A stretch of 64,000 nt of DNA from Phycisphaerae bacterium. GTDB taxonomy: Bacteria; Planctomycetota; Phycisphaerae; UBA1845; CAIVHJ01. Location of the stretch: NCBI GenBank assembly GCA_022072405.1, contig JAJVHX010000012.1, positions 23,807 through 87,806 on the forward strand, given 5' to 3'. Shown here piece after piece: positions 61,835-64,000 of this stretch. The translations under genes and the position numbers were made by a program. Every line of letters begins with the position of its first letter. Position 1 is the first letter of the stretch. The notes beneath the pieces were generated by a model. The model was not told the origin of the DNA. It worked only from the letters and a program-made list of their open reading frames with translations, and searched no databases.

Positions 61835-64000
61835 ATGATCAAGACCCAGACGGTTCGGGATTTCAGCAAGGTCGGCGATGCGCTGCCGATCCCCAATCTG
61901 ATCGAAATTCAGGTCGATTCCTACAAGCGGTTTCTGCAGGCTGATGTGCCCATGCATCAGCGCCAGTCGGCCGGCCTGGAGGGATTGATCCGCGAGATCT
62001 TTCCGATCCAGAGTTATGACGGCAACCTGACCCTGGAATATCACGGCTATGAGCTGAGCAAGGCCCGCTACACGCCCGATGAATGCCGGGAACTGCGGCT
62101 GACTTACGGCATGCCGTTCCGCATTCATGCCCGCCTGTTGCGCAAGGATAAGGATGAAATTCACGAGGACATGATCTACCTCGGGGAAATGCCGATCATG
62201 ATCGGCGGCGGCGAGTTCATCATCAACGGAGCTGAACGCGTGATCGTATCCCAGTTGCACCGCAGCCCGGGCGTCGATTTCGTCAAGGAACAGGCCGAAG
62301 GCGACCGGGCCTTGCATGCCTGCCGGATCATTCCGGAACGTGGCAGCTGGATCGAAATCAACGTTACCAAGAAGGATCTGCTGGCGGTGCGCATCGACCA
62401 GTCGAGCAAAATCGCCGCGACCAGCTTTCTGCGGGCCATGGACGAACGCTACGGCAGCGATGAAGCACTCATCCGTGAGTTCTATAAAACCAAGACCATC
62501 AAAACCAGCGCCCTCAAACCGGATATCTACCTGGTGCAGAGCGTCGTCGATCCAGAGACCGGCGAGGAAGTGGTCCGGGCCGGCTGCCAGGTGGGTGATG
62601 CGGTGGAGCGGATTAATCAACTGGGCCTCAAACAGGTCGAAGTGATTGAAAAGGTGGGCGACCCGATCATCCTCAACACGCTGGTGGCGGACAGCGCCCG
62701 TTCATATGAGGATGCTCTTTTGAAAATTTACGCCCGTTTGCGTCCGGGCAACCCGCCGCAGCTGGACAAAGCCAAAAAACTCTTCGCTGAAAAATTCTTC
62801 GATGAAAACCGCTATCGGCTGGGCAAGGTCGGCCGCTTCCGCATCAACCGTAAATTCGATCAGCAGGTTCCAGAAGATATCATGGTCCTGCGCGTCGAAG
62901 ATTACATCAACGCTTTGAAATACTTGCTGCTGCTGCGGACCGGCGATGCCAAGTTTGAAGTGGACGACATCGATCATCTGGGCAATCGCCGCCTGCGCAC
63001 CATTGATGAACTGGCCGGCGACGAACTGCGCAAGGGCTTCTTGAAATTGCGGCGCACCGTGCAGGAGCGCATGAGCCTGAAAGACCCGGATCAGCTCGGC
63101 CGCATCGCCGAACTGGTCAACAGCAAGTCGATCAGCTCCGCGATTGAGTTCTTCTTCGGCCGCGGAGAATTGTCGCAGGTGGTGGATCAGACCAATCCCC
63201 TCAGCCAGCTTACCCATGAGCGGCGATTGTCGGCCCTGGGTCCGGGCGGTCTGAACCGCAAGCGGGCCGGTTTCGAGGTGCGCGACGTGCACATTTCGCA
63301 CTACGGTCGCATCTGCCCGATCGAATCTCCGGAAGGCACCAACATCGGCCTCATCGCCTCTTTGAGTATTTATTCGCGCATAGACGATTATGGTTTTCTG
63401 ATTACTCCTTACCGCAGCGTGAAAGTGGCCAAGGTTCAGCCCGATCCGGTTTATCTGCGCGCGGATGAGGAAATGCGCATGACACTCGCCCCACCGGAAG
63501 CGCTGGCCCATGGCAACGGCCATATTGAAGATGAAAATATCGTCGCCCGGGCGCGCGGCGAACTTTCCCAGGTGCACAAGAATGACGTGACACACCTCGA
63601 TATCTCGCCGAAACAGACGGTCGGTGTTTCCGCCGCGCTGATCCCGTTCCTCGAACATGATGATGCCAACCGGGCTTTGATGGGTTCCAACATGCAGCGG
63701 CAGGCGGTGCCCCTGATCCGCACCACGCCGCCGGTCGTCGGCACGGGGATGGAAAAACATGTCCCGGTCAACAGCGGCATGGTCATCCGTTCCAGTCAGG
63801 ACGGCGTCGTGACCTTCGTCGATGCCCTGCGCATCGTCATCAACGACACCGATGAATACAAACTGCGCAAGTTTCAGGGGCTGAACGAACGGACCTGTCT
63901 CAATCAGAAGCCGATCGTCAAGCCGGGACAGAAAGTCAAAAAAGGGCAGATCATCGCCGACGGGCCGGCTTGTTCTCTGGGTGAACTGGCCCTGGGCAAG
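61835..64000 (+). CDS. rpoB: DNA-directed RNA polymerase subunit beta, 5' part (continues past the window)
   Basis: Not in the ORF track because it has no stop in the window. My translation from ATG 61835: [35 protein letters not shown]...[33 protein letters not shown]... The frame stays open to 64000. Confidence 0.97.
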   Translation, partial: MIKTQTVRDFSKVGDALPIPNLIEIQVDSYKRFLQADVPMHQRQSAGLEGLIREIFPIQSYDGNLTLEYHGYELSKARYTPDECRELRLTYGMPFRIHARLLRKDKDEIHEDMIYLGEMPIMIGGGEFIINGAERVIVSQLHRSPGVDFVKEQAEGDRALHACRIIPERGSWIEINVTKKDLLAVRIDQSSKIAATSFLRAMDERYGSDEALIREFYKTKTIKTSALKPDIYLVQSVVDPETGEEVVRAGCQVGDAVERINQLGLKQVEVIEKVGDPIILNTLVADSARSYEDALLKIYARLRPGNPPQLDKAKKLFAEKFFDENRYRLGKVGRFRINRKFDQQVPEDIMVLRVEDYINALKYLLLLRTGDAKFEVDDIDHLGNRRLRTIDELAGDELRKGFLKLRRTVQERMSLKDPDQLGRIAELVNSKSISSAIEFFFGRGELSQVVDQTNPLSQLTHERRLSALGPGGLNRKRAGFEVRDVHISHYGRICPIESPEGTNIGLIASLSIYSRIDDYGFLITPYRSVKVAKVQPDPVYLRADEEMRMTLAPPEALAHGNGHIEDENIVARARGELSQVHKNDVTHLDISPKQTVGVSAALIPFLEHDDANRALMGSNMQRQAVPLIRTTPPVVGTGMEKHVPVNSGMVIRSSQDGVVTFVDALRIVINDTDEYKLRKFQGLNERTCLNQKPIVKPGQKVKKGQIIADGPACSLGELALGK

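Overview
The window looks like a core-chromosome segment from a moderately GC-rich bacterium. I infer Planctomycetota (PVC group) from several features: a SecE with a long N-terminal extension, a Ser/Thr kinase fused to TPR repeats, many TPR/GT-C membrane glycosyltransferase-like proteins, CxxCGYxLxG zinc-ribbon membrane proteins, and thrombospondin-type-3/dockerin-like secreted proteins.

Housekeeping genes I recognise:
- rpmE-prfA, lysA, rpsT, uvrC, kdsB, pyrG, cheB.
- The string tRNA-Thr, tuf, rpmG, tRNA-Trp, secE, nusG, rplK, rplA, rplJ, rplL, rpoB. rpoB runs off the right edge.
- A tRNA-Cys.

Two real genes are missing from the ORF track because they lack a stop inside the window: a TPR glycosyltransferase-like gene at 1..2015 (-) and rpoB at 61835..64000 (+). 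Two more fall below the track's size cutoff: rpmG at 57363..57530 and a 40-codon zinc-ribbon ORF at 30478..30600.

I found no CRISPR array, transposase, integrase, phage gene or recognisable defence system.

The features most worth a second look:
1. Four paralogous polytopic membrane proteins with a CxxCGYxLxG...CxECG ribbon, plus a mini-ribbon ORF. They are threaded, with translational overlaps, between kdsB and pyrG, together with AT-richer membrane-anchored helical proteins.
2. A modular, dispersed intergenic repeat family with at least seven copies or fragments in the window.
3. A shared Cys-Gly/hydrophobic/Arg-rich C-terminal tail on two acidic secreted proteins, resembling an uncharacterised sorting signal.
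4. An AT-rich segment bounded by tRNA-Cys and tRNA-Thr, in which two small lipoprotein genes share an upstream box.

All functional calls rest on motifs read by eye. No database search was run.
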